DNA from: a virus | Lineage: Duplodnaviria > Caudoviricetes | Virus record (IMG/VR): IMGVR_UViG_3300044729_003149 | Span: 1 to 54,646 of that record | DNA length: 54,646 nucleotides | Direction: 5' to 3' (one strand) | Shown: positions 36,453 to 46,114 of the stretch, in pieces | Position numbering within the stretch: position 1 is the stretch's first letter | How the letters are laid out: each line of letters begins with the position of its first letter | Notes under the pieces: model-generated | Told to the model about the DNA's origin: nothing | What the model saw: the letters and a program-made list of their open reading frames with translations, nothing else | Databases searched by the model: none | Position numbers and translations under genes: made by a program

Positions 36453-38893
36453 GTTCTCACAGGCCTAGCCATCTTTACTATCACTGCATGCAGTCCAGGA
36501 TGCAGAGGCTGCGGCAGGTCCGACGGTTTGAACCAACCATAGTCTTGGCTTTCTGAATTCAGCCTTGGTTGAAACTCCGTTGGCACAACACCCACAAAGG
36601 TTTGATAATTTTTGTTGCGATTCACTGGTGTGAGTTTGATGGCACCTGTGTAGCCGCTTTCTTCTGCAAGCTCACGACGCACTGTGTCTTCGGCTGATTC
36701 GCCTGAGTCGCGACCACCACCCCAACAGGCCCATACGCCAGGATCATTCACAGTTTCACTGCGTTGCTGCAAACACCAACGGCCTGTGTCCTCGGCCACA
36801 ACAATGCAGCCGGCCGCAAAGGGGCCACTGCTGGTATCGCGTTGTTCCACTGTGCGTGTGGTACCGCCTGCCCCCACATAGATAGCACGGAAGTCCACGC
36901 CAGGATATTCTCGTGCAAGATCCTTGAACACACGTAGATTGCTCATTGAATCATCATACAGCCGCACATGATTGTATTTGCTTGTGTCAAGATAACGTCG
37001 CACCCAAACGGCTTTTTTCTCAGCCGGGATAGCATCGCCCGGCAGGTTACCAGCACGATGCACATGCACACGACTCATGTCTATGCCAAGATCGCTAAAG
37101 GTCTGTAGAAATTCTTGTTTGTTGTCAAAGTCAGCTCGGGCTGTGAGCATGATGACTTCAGCATTGGGATGGTATGCCAGGATGGTCTTGAGCTTGCGTA
37201 TCATGGGCTCAATGGGCTGGCTCTCCTGTCTGAACTTTGCAGCCGATCTAAATTCACCAAAGTCAAACTCTTCGCCTGGTGCCAGCTCGTAAGTGTTGAA
37301 TTCTTGATTGGTGAGCTCACGCACCACCTCACCGTCTTTGACAACACGTATCTTGGCCGTGGTGTGCATCAAGGTGTCATCGATGTCAAATATCACCAAG
37401 TCAGTAGCACCGGCGTCACGATCCTGTTCTACAAAAACTGCACTGTCTTCGCCCATGTTGTGAAAATTTTCAAACAGACCATTGGGTCGGGCAATCTGTG
37501 GGTGCCCTTGACTGTCTGTCTTCAGTTTCAATTTATTGGCTTCGCGGCCAGTCTGTCCGGGTTTGATGTCCACGGTGAGAGCCATTTTGAATCTTGGATC
37601 GTTCTTTTGTTTGGCTGTGGGAATGTATCCTGAAGCTTCAGCAAACATTTCGGGACGAGCATCAGCAAAGTCACGCATGATGATACCGGCCCGAGCATTG
37701 GCTTCGTTTTCCCAGTCTGATCCTGTTCGTCCAGCATCGTGGGGCAAATCGTCTCGCTGATCCTGCCGAGCGTGAGTAAGCTCGTGTGCCAGTGTGCGCA
37801 ACACATCTAGGATGTGTCTTCCATCCACAGACAAATGCATGGCATTGTCTTGCCGGTCATAGCGACCAAAGCTGTGATTTTTTTCCTGCCATTTACTACC
37901 ACGATGAATTATTATCTTGGGAAGTTTTTGTAGTCCCAGTTTTTTGGCAGCAAATTTTGCAAATTCTTTTATGGTTTCTATGTCGCTGCGATCATTTTCC
38001 ACAAACATTTTTGTGGCAGCACCCACGCCATGTGGTGTGGATTGTTCACGCATGCTTTCTCCACCACCGCCATCACCACCACCTCCATCACCGCCGGTGT
38101 CACCACTGTCACTGTAACCAAATCCCGGATACCACCAACCACCCCAGGCATAACGAGTGCGTGACTTGCTGCGAGATTTTTTGCGGCGTTCAACAAGACT
38201 GAGCTCTTGATCACGAGCCTGGTTGCGAGCATCAACTAGACGTTGAATGTAGCCTTGATTACGCAGCATCTTGAACACCAAGTTGTCAACACCAAACTCA
38301 CCCTGCTGTTCAAGACCAGCAGCTCGCATGGTTTTGATTTTGTCCAGCAACTGTTGAGTGCTTTTGGCATCAGAATCATCAATCACAGATTCTATGCGCT
38401 GCACTAGATCTTCGTATTTGCTGCGCACCGCACTGTCGTCTAGATTGGCCTTTTGTCTGCGCGGAACTGACAGCCATTTGTCATGCAACACACTATAGAT
38501 GCCTTGGCTGTGGTGCGGCTGATCACTGGGCTGCACATAGAGTTCAACGTCGTAGCCACCAATGCGGATATTGTGTTCTTGATTGTACTGAAATTTCTTG
38601 GCCTTGAACAGCTCCTGATACACGTCATCATCAGGCATGTTGACCACTAGGTGTAGATCAATGTCACTGTGCGGAGTATAGGTATATGCTGCGTTGCTGC
38701 CAGATATTGTGATGTCTTCAAGATCAAGATCCTGTACACCCATGAACTCTCTAAAGTCCTGTGCTATCAGCAACAGCCGTTCCCGCACATCAGGCTGCAT
38801 TTGTTCATTTTTTTGCCAGATGCGTGGATTGAGCTGATCGTGAAATTTCACAGCATCAGCAAGATTGAATGATTCCAATTGAGAGATGTTCAT
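36449..38893 (-). CDS. multi-enzyme polyprotein: Pol-beta nucleotidyltransferase, HEXXH metallopeptidase, HAD phosphatase, Nudix hydrolase
   Basis: GSN...SDIDLH; AHELTH..ENEANA; FDIDDT..LTAR..YDDS; GGGRDSGESAEDTVRRELAEESG. Confidence 0.85.
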   Translation of the reverse strand: MNISQLESFNLADAVKFHDQLNPRIWQKNEQMQPDVRERLLLIAQDFREFMGVQDLDLEDITISGSNAAYTYTPHSDIDLHLVVNMPDDDVYQELFKAKKFQYNQEHNIRIGGYDVELYVQPSDQPHHSQGIYSVLHDKWLSVPRRQKANLDDSAVRSKYEDLVQRIESVIDDSDAKSTQQLLDKIKTMRAAGLEQQGEFGVDNLVFKMLRNQGYIQRLVDARNQARDQELSLVERRKKSRSKSRTRYAWGGWWYPGFGYSDSGDTGGDGGGGDGGGGESMREQSTPHGVGAATKMFVENDRSDIETIKEFAKFAAKKLGLQKLPKIIIHRGSKWQEKNHSFGRYDRQDNAMHLSVDGRHILDVLRTLAHELTHARQDQRDDLPHDAGRTGSDWENEANARAGIIMRDFADARPEMFAEASGYIPTAKQKNDPRFKMALTVDIKPGQTGREANKLKLKTDSQGHPQIARPNGLFENFHNMGEDSAVFVEQDRDAGATDLVIFDIDDTLMHTTAKIRVVKDGEVVRELTNQEFNTYELAPGEEFDFGEFRSAAKFRQESQPIEPMIRKLKTILAYHPNAEVIMLTARADFDNKQEFLQTFSDLGIDMSRVHVHRAGNLPGDAIPAEKKAVWVRRYLDTSKYNHVRLYDDSMSNLRVFKDLAREYPGVDFRAIYVGAGGTTRTVEQRDTSSGPFAAGCIVVAEDTGRWCLQQRSETVNDPGVWACWGGGRDSGESAEDTVRRELAEESGYTGAIKLTPVNRNKNYQTFVGVVPTEFQPRLNSESQDYGWFKPSDLPQPLHPGLHAVIVKMARPVRT

Positions 38894-38920
38894 AAATTGT
38901 ATTTATTTTGCCCAGTCTAC

Positions 38921-38948
38921 AAAAGAAAATCCCCGGACTAGCCGGGGA
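38921..38948 (-). terminator. rho-independent terminator
   Basis: TCCCCGG/CCGGGGA stem then TTTTCTTTT; followed by TAAATA (38900-38905) for the next gene. Confidence 0.8.
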
Positions 38949-38969
38949 CGTATCACAATGTCACTGAGA

Positions 38970-39899
38970 TCATGCGTTTTCGGCAATGACTTCAGCTTCG
39001 GCATCGGCTGTGAGCACTTCAGGTGCAACATTGTGTCCGTTGTTGACAGCACCGGTCTGTGTGGTGCCCTGAGCGGCTGCATTTTGCAGAGCCAGCGCAT
39101 GCAGATCCTGATACAGTTTGTCCTGTGTGGCGCCATCAAACACATAGGTTCCGGTGTGACGCAGCAGGATACGCTTGTCAACCCAGACCTGGCCACCAAG
39201 ATCACGCCAGTTTTCACAGAAGGTCCAGTCTTCGCTGTAGTAGCGACCTTCGCGTACCGCGGTGTCAAAGTAGGTTTTCATGTACTTGTTGAGCTTGGGA
39301 TCCAGTCCAATGTCATTGGCAAACGGACGAACCGCAGGGTGTGCATCCAGTTTCTCAAACACTTCACGCTTCATCAGCAAGAAGCCGGTGCCAGTTTTGC
39401 TGACTTCCACAACATGATCTGTGGATTCGGGCTGTCCGGGAATGCCATTCACACACCATTTCACAGGCAGTGATTTCATGGGATAAAGTCCGCCGATCAC
39501 GTCTTTCTGTGCGTCCAGCAACAGCAACAGATGCCATGGTTCCCAGCCAATGTCAGCATCAATAAACATCAGGTGTGTGCTGCCTTCGGTGTCAAGAAAC
39601 TTGGCAGTGAGTGTGTTTCTAGCACGACTGATCAAGCTTTCATTGGTCATGGTTTCCACAGTCCAGTCCAGGCCCAGCTGGCGTGCTGTGTTGCTCCACT
39701 TGATAAAACTCATGAAAGTTTGTTCGGTCAGCATGCCGCCATAGCAGGGCATACAGATGTGTACCTTGGTGGTTCTAAGATAATCCAGGTTGACTTGGAT
39801 TGTGGAAGCACTGGTTTCTGCTGCATCTGAGGGTGCAACCGCTGTGGGTTGTGCGTCTTGAATGGGTGCGACGTTTTGAGCGTCTGGGGCGTCAGCCAT
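38970..39899 (-). CDS. GT-A fold glycosyltransferase-like protein
   Basis: ICMPCYGG, ESLISRARN, MFIDADI (DxD), GTGFLL, SEDW.FC. Confidence 0.75.
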   Translation of the reverse strand: MADAPDAQNVAPIQDAQPTAVAPSDAAETSASTIQVNLDYLRTTKVHICMPCYGGMLTEQTFMSFIKWSNTARQLGLDWTVETMTNESLISRARNTLTAKFLDTEGSTHLMFIDADIGWEPWHLLLLLDAQKDVIGGLYPMKSLPVKWCVNGIPGQPESTDHVVEVSKTGTGFLLMKREVFEKLDAHPAVRPFANDIGLDPKLNKYMKTYFDTAVREGRYYSEDWTFCENWRDLGGQVWVDKRILLRHTGTYVFDGATQDKLYQDLHALALQNAAAQGTTQTGAVNNGHNVAPEVLTADAEAEVIAENA

Positions 39900-39950
39900 C
39901 TAATTCTCCTGTAAAAGTTTGTGAATATTTAATGAGTGTACAGCAGGTGT

Positions 39951-40847
39951 TTACTTTTTGCGACCAGCACAGTGGGCTTTTTGACTGAAACCACGAGGAT
40001 TGGCACAATTGATACTGCGCTTGTATCGTTCGCTCCATTTTTCTTCTAGATAATCTTCATCTTCGTCTATGGGCTGATTTTCACGACGCTGATAACTGGC
40101 ACTTAGTCCAGCACCTGAACCTTGAGTGTTGGCCGTGGTGTACTCGCTGAGTGGTGAAAGATCTTCTTCGTATGTAGCAGCCCAGCCCTGATTTTCCTGC
40201 ACTGTGTTCATGACAACATCCAGCATTTTTACCACTGTGTCGGCCAATTGTTTATTGGATTGTGTGGCTGGATACATGCTCATGACCAAGGCTGTGCGCT
40301 GACGCTCGTTCAATTTGGGCCACGCTGCTCTAATTTGTGATGCATTGGTCATGCCAGGACCAAATTCCACAGTGGGCAAATAGTCCAGATAGGCATGGCG
40401 ATTCATGGCAGCCATGGGTTGGCCATCTTTGTAATACTGCAAACGATCACTCACGGGTTGTCCCTTGCGCGGGCCTCGAGTCACTAGAGGCAGTTTGCCT
40501 GTGGCAGGATCAGGTTCGGCCGGAAAAGGACCTTCGGGACTGGGCCCGCCTTTGCGATTCTTTGCGCTTTTGACAAAAATCAAGTTTGTTTTTTCAGGAT
40601 CGTACCGGTTGGTGATTTCTTCAGCCGAAAAAGGTGATTTAACTCTCACGAATTTTCCAGCTGGCACACCGGCCAGTCGTGCTAGTTTTTCTTTGAGAGC
40701 AAATGGAAATGGTCGCTCAGACGTATCATCAGTGGCTGCAATATAGACGTCAGCGTTGGGGAATTTTTGCTGTGCTTTTTGATAGAGAGCAAAGTGTCCG
40801 GCATGAAACGGATGAAATCCGCCGGGAATGATAACAATCTGTTGCAT
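39951..40847 (-). CDS. HxGH nucleotidyltransferase-like domain plus acidic linker plus basic Cys tail
   Basis: PGGFHPFHAGH, NASQIR; tail LEE-KWSERYKRSINCANPRGFSQKAHCAGRKK; TAAATA at 40855-40860. Confidence 0.7.
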   Translation of the reverse strand: MQQIVIIPGGFHPFHAGHFALYQKAQQKFPNADVYIAATDDTSERPFPFALKEKLARLAGVPAGKFVRVKSPFSAEEITNRYDPEKTNLIFVKSAKNRKGGPSPEGPFPAEPDPATGKLPLVTRGPRKGQPVSDRLQYYKDGQPMAAMNRHAYLDYLPTVEFGPGMTNASQIRAAWPKLNERQRTALVMSMYPATQSNKQLADTVVKMLDVVMNTVQENQGWAATYEEDLSPLSEYTTANTQGSGAGLSASYQRRENQPIDEDEDYLEEKWSERYKRSINCANPRGFSQKAHCAGRKK

Positions 40848-40861
40848 AGTGATGTATTTAG

Positions 40862-41293
40862 TTACATCACTTCCAGAAGCCACACGTAGATTGGGGTAGT
40901 GAATTTCAGTACAATAGTGCCATTACAGCCCATGGCACCAAAAAACAAATCATTAATGGGGTCAGCGGTACCATTGAAATCATGGTGATACACTGCGCGA
41001 TCATGCACAATCTGACTGATGTCAATGTCTTCCAGCACAAAATCTGACACAATCACAGTTGAGTCGCTGACAATATTGCCCGAATCGTCCAACTGTGTAT
41101 GCGAGGGCTGTTTGTTTTTGACCACCCAACGAAATTCGTGATCGCCGTCAACTTCATCGTCAAATTCATGAGTCACTGTGTGAGACTGGGTCACTGCATT
41201 GCTGTCAAACACACAGGTATTGTCGATCCAGAATTCCACGCCCAGGGGCAGATCGGTGTTGGTGGGATTGATATCAAATTTGAATGTGGCCAT
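40862..41293 (-). CDS. hypothetical beta-rich protein
   Basis: 143 aa ORF. Confidence 0.7.
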   Translation of the reverse strand: MATFKFDINPTNTDLPLGVEFWIDNTCVFDSNAVTQSHTVTHEFDDEVDGDHEFRWVVKNKQPSHTQLDDSGNIVSDSTVIVSDFVLEDIDISQIVHDRAVYHHDFNGTADPINDLFFGAMGCNGTIVLKFTTPIYVWLLEVM

Positions 41294-41655
41294 CAGTAAT
41301 AGATGTTGACGCCAAGAATTGTGCCAGCGGTGAAGTTGTCTATTCTGGCTCGCATCCAGACAAAGTTGCCCAGCACTGCATCGCTGCGATTCTGTGTCAG
41401 CACTGTGCTGCCATCGCCAAATACCAAATTCACATCAAACCAAGTGGCTTGATTGGGATCGCTGTCCAGCGTGGCTTCAATGGTGCAAATGCCCACAAAA
41501 TTCACAAATTCTGTGTCAATGGTTTGAACACTGCCACGGCCGCGATAATAGTTGGCAGCTTTGCCAGCCACACTGGACCAGTCCTGACTGCTGCCATCAT
41601 AATTGCCCGACGCAGTTCCGTAGGTCACGTCAAAGATCAAAACTTCAGTGGTCAT
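41293..41655 (-). CDS. hypothetical protein, possibly structural
   Basis: 120 aa; IEATL...GNFVWMRA. Confidence 0.7.
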   Translation of the reverse strand: MTTEVLIFDVTYGTASGNYDGSSQDWSSVAGKAANYYRGRGSVQTIDTEFVNFVGICTIEATLDSDPNQATWFDVNLVFGDGSTVLTQNRSDAVLGNFVWMRARIDNFTAGTILGVNIYY

Positions 41656-41819
41656 TTTGCTGTGTCTACTTCGACCACTGCCCCAGTGCCCACCAGCTCT
41701 TCGGTCACACCCTGCAGAGCCTGTAGAATCTCGTCTGTGGCAACTGTGCTGCCATCTTCGCTGTCCCGGATCAGTTTTGAAACTTTGATCACAATGATTT
41801 CTTCGTGTATTTTGGCCAT
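41652..41819 (-). CDS. small hypothetical protein (55 aa, absent from ORF track)
   Basis: MAKIHEEIIVIKVSKL...VDTAK; TAAATA at 41827-41832; ATGA overlap downstream. Confidence 0.7.
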   Translation of the reverse strand: MAKIHEEIIVIKVSKLIRDSEDGSTVATDEILQALQGVTEELVGTGAVVEVDTAK

Positions 41820-41825
41820 AGTTTG

Positions 41826-42488
41826 TTATTTAGCTACCACCTCAATTGGCAGGGTCTTTTTGATGCAGTTGGGCACCACCATGTTGAGCATGAGTACGTC
41901 ATGTTCGCTGTCATGATCAACAAAATCATAGCCTGTGGGCTGGTTAAAAACTGACTGGCCTGTGAGCCGCTTTTTCAGCGCCGGCGTGATCCTGAAGTAT
42001 TCTTTGCGGCTCATGAGAAAATCGCACATGAGTCGACGTTCTTCTGGTGTGTAGCTGCGTTCGCGAAACCAACTGCGAAACTGATGCTGACTTTGACGCA
42101 ACTGCACTCGATCACTGGGTCGAGTCACAGCCGCTTCACGCAGGCTAACAAAATTAAGATAGGGCAACTGCCCGATTTCTGACAACCAGGTCACGTCGTT
42201 GCTGTAGATGTTTTGACTGCCATAGTACACATTGCGTTTGTAAGGCACTGGCGCGGCCTTGAGACGATTCATGAGATCCATGCAGTTATCGTAGCGTTGC
42301 TGCACAAAGCCATGACTCCATCTGCCCGGCGTTGATGTGCGAGCTTCGGGATGGTGTGTACAAAACATGTTGTTGATAAACCTAGCACTGAGGCCACGCA
42401 TGAAAAAACTGTAGGTGATATCAAAACTCAAACAGTACTGATACCGTCCAAAGAACAGGCTGCTGCGATCTTCCAGAATCAGCTTCAT
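41826..42488 (-). CDS. hypothetical protein
   Basis: 220 aa; coupled to clpA. Confidence 0.7.
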   Translation of the reverse strand: MKLILEDRSSLFFGRYQYCLSFDITYSFFMRGLSARFINNMFCTHHPEARTSTPGRWSHGFVQQRYDNCMDLMNRLKAAPVPYKRNVYYGSQNIYSNDVTWLSEIGQLPYLNFVSLREAAVTRPSDRVQLRQSQHQFRSWFRERSYTPEERRLMCDFLMSRKEYFRITPALKKRLTGQSVFNQPTGYDFVDHDSEHDVLMLNMVVPNCIKKTLPIEVVAK

Positions 42489-44731
42489 GACAGTTCCCGC
42501 TGGTTGGAGTTCAATCTTGGCAGTTCTGGCTGTGGTACCATAAACTCGATGTTGTCTCCCACCATGTGAGCTGCTACCACACAGTCTTCCAGTCTATCAA
42601 ACAGAATTTTCTTGCTGAGAGGCACACGCACCAGCTCATCAATTTTTCTACCCAGGGGTCTTGCACCCATTTTGGGATCATAACCTTTGTCTGCCAGGTG
42701 TTCAATCACACCTTCGGTGGCCACAAATTTGATCTGTTTGGCTGCCAGACTCTGAGTCAGCTCGTCTATGAATTTGACCACTACCTTCTTCACTGCCAGG
42801 CGATCCAGTTTTGAGAATTTGCATACCTTGTCAATTCTGTTGCGAAGTTCTGGGCGGAAGAATTCCTTGAGAGCTCGATCATCCTCGCCGGTTTTTTCCA
42901 GACTTCCAAACCCAATGGCGTTGACTTCGCTGGCTTCGCTGCCTAGATTTGATGTCATGATTATGATACAGTTTTTGACATTGACCTTTTTGCCATTGGT
43001 GCTGGTAATGATCCCCTCGTCCAAGATCTGCAACAGCACATTGCTGACATCAGGATGTGCCTTTTCAATTTCGTCAAACAGCACCACACTGAAGGGATTT
43101 TTGCTGAGATCAGACACCAAGCGACCGCCGCCCACGTTGCCATCTTCAAAGCCCACATAGCCAGGTGGTGCACCAATTAGACCTGCCACACTGTGACGTT
43201 CTTGATATTCACTCATGTCATATTTCAGTAGAGTCATGTCAAGATTTTCAGCCAACAGCTTGGCCAGTTCTGTTTTGCCTGTGCCCGTGGGGCCTAGAAA
43301 CAGGAACGAAGCCATGGGACGTCGTTGACTGCCAATGCCAGCCATGCTCACATAGATTCGATCCAGCACTGAATCCACAGCACTGTCCTGTCCGTACAAT
43401 CGGGTCTTGACATTGCTTTCTAGATCTGCCACTCTGGTTGTACGCTGGTGATCCATGCTGTCAATGGGCACACCGGTCATGCGAGCCACCTGCTGCTTGA
43501 TCATTGCTTCAGTGATGGTGACATTGCCTTGGTCTTTCACACGTTCACGTGCGCAGGCAGCGTCAATGATGTCAATGCTTTTGTCAGGATTCTTGCGATC
43601 AGTAATGTAGCGGTTGGCCAGACGCACAGCGGCTGTCATGGCCTCGGTGTCAATCATGACATTGTGAAAAGTTTCCAGTCGGGGCGCAACACCAATCAAG
43701 ATCTGTTCTGTGGTGTCAGCATCAGGCTCGTCAATGCCCATGCGATAGAATCTACGCATCAAGGCACGATCTTTTTCAAAGCTTTCGTAGTATTCTTCCC
43801 AGGTAGTGCTGGCAATGACCTTGATGCTGCCTTTGGTAATAGCAGGCTTGAGCATGTTGGCAAAGTCCAGACTACTGTTGCTGCCAGCACCGGCGCCGCG
43901 CATGGTGTGTGCTTCGTCTACAAAAAGAACGCAGTTCTTCTTGGCCTCCAAGGCCGAAATCACTGCGCGAAACTTTTCTTCAAAGTCGCCGCGATACTTT
44001 GATCCTGCCAGCAAACTGCCAATTTCCAGACTCCAAACTTCGTTGTCACGTAGAAATTCTGGCACACGTCCGGCCACAATTTCCTGAGCCAGGCCATCCA
44101 CGATGTGTGTTTTGCCCACTCCAGGATCTCCCACCATGAGCACGTTGGCCTTGAATCTGCGAGCCAACACAGTGATCATTTCTGACAGCTCGTTGCTGCG
44201 ACCAATCATGGGCTCCAGTTGGTCTTTTTTGGCCCGTGCGGTGAGACTGGTACAGTATTCTGACAGGATCTCGTCGGCCTGACTGTGACTCATTCCGGTT
44301 TCGCTGGCGCGATAATTGTTGTGCCAAAATTCCACAAACTCCTGTTTTTTCAAACCATGTTTGAGCAAGAAATACTGTGCATGGCTGTTGCTTTCGGCCA
44401 TGATTGATAGATAGAGATCTATGAGATTCATGCTGCGACGTCCGGTAAACATGACCTGAACGTTGGCACGATTGAAAATACGCTCCAGAGCGTGAGTCTT
44501 TTTGGGTTCGACGCCGGGCTTGACCAAGCTCATGAGACTGTTGAGATAGGTATCTACTTCGGCGTCTAGGAGATCAGCATCTATGCCAAAACGCTGAGTG
44601 ATTTTTCTAAATGCCGGATATCGAATCAAGGCCAGCAGCACATGTTCGGTAGTTACATATTCATGTGTCTTTTGCTGCGCAATTTGCACAGCTTCACTGA
44701 CAATGTGTTCAATTTCTGCAGAAGGATTCAT
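42485..44731 (-). CDS. clpA: ClpA-type AAA+ unfoldase
   Basis: N-domain HEYVTTEHVLLAL; GDPGVGKT and GPTGTGKT Walker A; GAPPGYVG; IGF loop; no ClpB middle domain. Confidence 0.92.
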   Translation of the reverse strand: MNPSAEIEHIVSEAVQIAQQKTHEYVTTEHVLLALIRYPAFRKITQRFGIDADLLDAEVDTYLNSLMSLVKPGVEPKKTHALERIFNRANVQVMFTGRRSMNLIDLYLSIMAESNSHAQYFLLKHGLKKQEFVEFWHNNYRASETGMSHSQADEILSEYCTSLTARAKKDQLEPMIGRSNELSEMITVLARRFKANVLMVGDPGVGKTHIVDGLAQEIVAGRVPEFLRDNEVWSLEIGSLLAGSKYRGDFEEKFRAVISALEAKKNCVLFVDEAHTMRGAGAGSNSSLDFANMLKPAITKGSIKVIASTTWEEYYESFEKDRALMRRFYRMGIDEPDADTTEQILIGVAPRLETFHNVMIDTEAMTAAVRLANRYITDRKNPDKSIDIIDAACARERVKDQGNVTITEAMIKQQVARMTGVPIDSMDHQRTTRVADLESNVKTRLYGQDSAVDSVLDRIYVSMAGIGSQRRPMASFLFLGPTGTGKTELAKLLAENLDMTLLKYDMSEYQERHSVAGLIGAPPGYVGFEDGNVGGGRLVSDLSKNPFSVVLFDEIEKAHPDVSNVLLQILDEGIITSTNGKKVNVKNCIIIMTSNLGSEASEVNAIGFGSLEKTGEDDRALKEFFRPELRNRIDKVCKFSKLDRLAVKKVVVKFIDELTQSLAAKQIKFVATEGVIEHLADKGYDPKMGARPLGRKIDELVRVPLSKKILFDRLEDCVVAAHMVGDNIEFMVPQPELPRLNSNQRELS

Positions 44732-44757
44732 GTCATGGGCCCAGGTTAATTTGTAAC

Positions 44758-44786
44758 ACTATACTACTTACTGCTTTTTTGCGCAA
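44758..44786 (-). promoter_or_regulatory. sigma70-like promoter upstream of clpA
   Basis: TTGCGC-17-TATAGT. Confidence 0.55.
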
Positions 44787-44800
44787 TCAATCTGGCAGTT

Positions 44801-45562
44801 TTATCGGTATTGACGTATGGCATCCAAGATTTCCGGCGCAATGTTGCGTGGAATTTCGGGCTGTAGTTTGACCATGAGGTCACCCAATTTGCCGTCACGA
44901 GTGGCGATGCCGTGTCCGCGCAGACGCATGGTGGTGCCGGGCTGGGTATTGGGCGGTATTTTCACATCAAGATTTTGTCCCGTGATCGAAACCACTCTGA
45001 TTTCTGCTCCCAGTATCATGTCCCAGACTGATACCCGCACATCGGTGCCAAGATCCAGCCCGTTGCGACGCCACTGAGCATGGGGATGAATTTTGAAGCT
45101 GGCCACAAGATCCATGTTGCCCGGAGCCACTCCGCTGTACTGTACATTGTCGCCGTCTTCGATGCCTTGCGGAATTTCTATTTTCACAGTGGTATTGCCG
45201 GCCGGGGTGGACACATTCACAGTTCTACTGCCACCCATGACAGCTTCTTCCAGACTGATCCACACTGTCATGCGCACATGACTGCGTCGCTGTGTCTGCT
45301 GACCAAACATCTGACTGAAGATGTCATTCATGTTGAAGAATGCACCTCCAGGGAAACCATCAAACTGCGGCGCAGGGTTGTCATAGCTGCGGCGACGATT
45401 TTCATCGCCCAAGACATCATAGGCAGTTTGAATGTTTTGAAACGTGGCTGTGTCGCCGCCGCGATCAGGATGATGTTGACTGGCCAAGCGTCGATATGCT
45501 CGCTTGATTTCTTCGGCGCTGGCATCACGAGCCACGCCCAGGGTTTGATAATGGTCGGTCAT
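44801..45562 (-). CDS. dnaJ: DnaJ-class co-chaperone (CbpA-like, no zinc finger)
   Basis: J-domain HHPDR; G/F linker; C-terminal domain. Confidence 0.9.
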   Translation of the reverse strand: MTDHYQTLGVARDASAEEIKRAYRRLASQHHPDRGGDTATFQNIQTAYDVLGDENRRRSYDNPAPQFDGFPGGAFFNMNDIFSQMFGQQTQRRSHVRMTVWISLEEAVMGGSRTVNVSTPAGNTTVKIEIPQGIEDGDNVQYSGVAPGNMDLVASFKIHPHAQWRRNGLDLGTDVRVSVWDMILGAEIRVVSITGQNLDVKIPPNTQPGTTMRLRGHGIATRDGKLGDLMVKLQPEIPRNIAPEILDAIRQYR

Positions 45563-45563
45563 G

Positions 45564-45600
45564 AAAAAGGCCTCGTATGTGACAGTAATTATACGAGGCC
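45564..45600 (-). terminator. rho-independent terminator directly before the dnaJ start
   Basis: GGCCTCGTAT/ATACGAGGCC 10-bp stem plus TTTTT. Confidence 0.75.
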
Positions 45601-45619
45601 CAGGTGTGTGTTCAAAGAA

Positions 45620-45829
45620 TTACTTTTTCTTTTCGTCTTTTTTGGCATCCTCAATTTTGGTGCCTTCTAGCTTTTTGTGAACCTTGATGGTTTTGCAAAC
45701 TTCGCGTTCTTTCTTGGTCTTGTTGTCAAGTTCCATCACGCATACTCGCTTTTCTTCTGCGGCCAAAGCAGCATTGCCCAAAGGCCAATACAGCAAAAAT
45801 GCCCACATCACTGGTAGTAGATAATTCAT
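45620..45829 (-). CDS. small exported protein
   Basis: signal peptide ending ALA; Cys pair; GGAG RBS; TAAATA at 45848-45853. Confidence 0.7.
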   Translation of the reverse strand: MNYLLPVMWAFLLYWPLGNAALAAEEKRVCVMELDNKTKKEREVCKTIKVHKKLEGTKIEDAKKDEKKK

Positions 45830-45850
45830 GGTTGCTCTCCTTTGTAGTAT

Positions 45851-46114
45851 TTATTGAAATTGGTGCCAGAACCAGGCCCAGATCACCATGCCTATGCAAA
45901 TCACAGCAAACTCAATTTTTTCACGCCTGAGCTGTTGAGGACTTGTCACGGGCCGAATGTTGTCTGAAATTTTGGTTTCCGGAAAATGATTCTCAAACCA
46001 CTGTTGGGCCTTGATCTTGGCCAGGTCCTGAGCGGGCTCGGGATCAACTTGTACCACAACTGGTTGTGCGGTTGGTGACGGAAATCTGCGACGTGGTAGT
46101 TCAGGAAAAATCAT
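45851..46114 (-). CDS. hypothetical protein with C-terminal TM helix
   Basis: start MIFPELP; FAVICIGMVIWAWFW. Confidence 0.65.
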   Translation of the reverse strand: MIFPELPRRRFPSPTAQPVVVQVDPEPAQDLAKIKAQQWFENHFPETKISDNIRPVTSPQQLRREKIEFAVICIGMVIWAWFWHQFQ

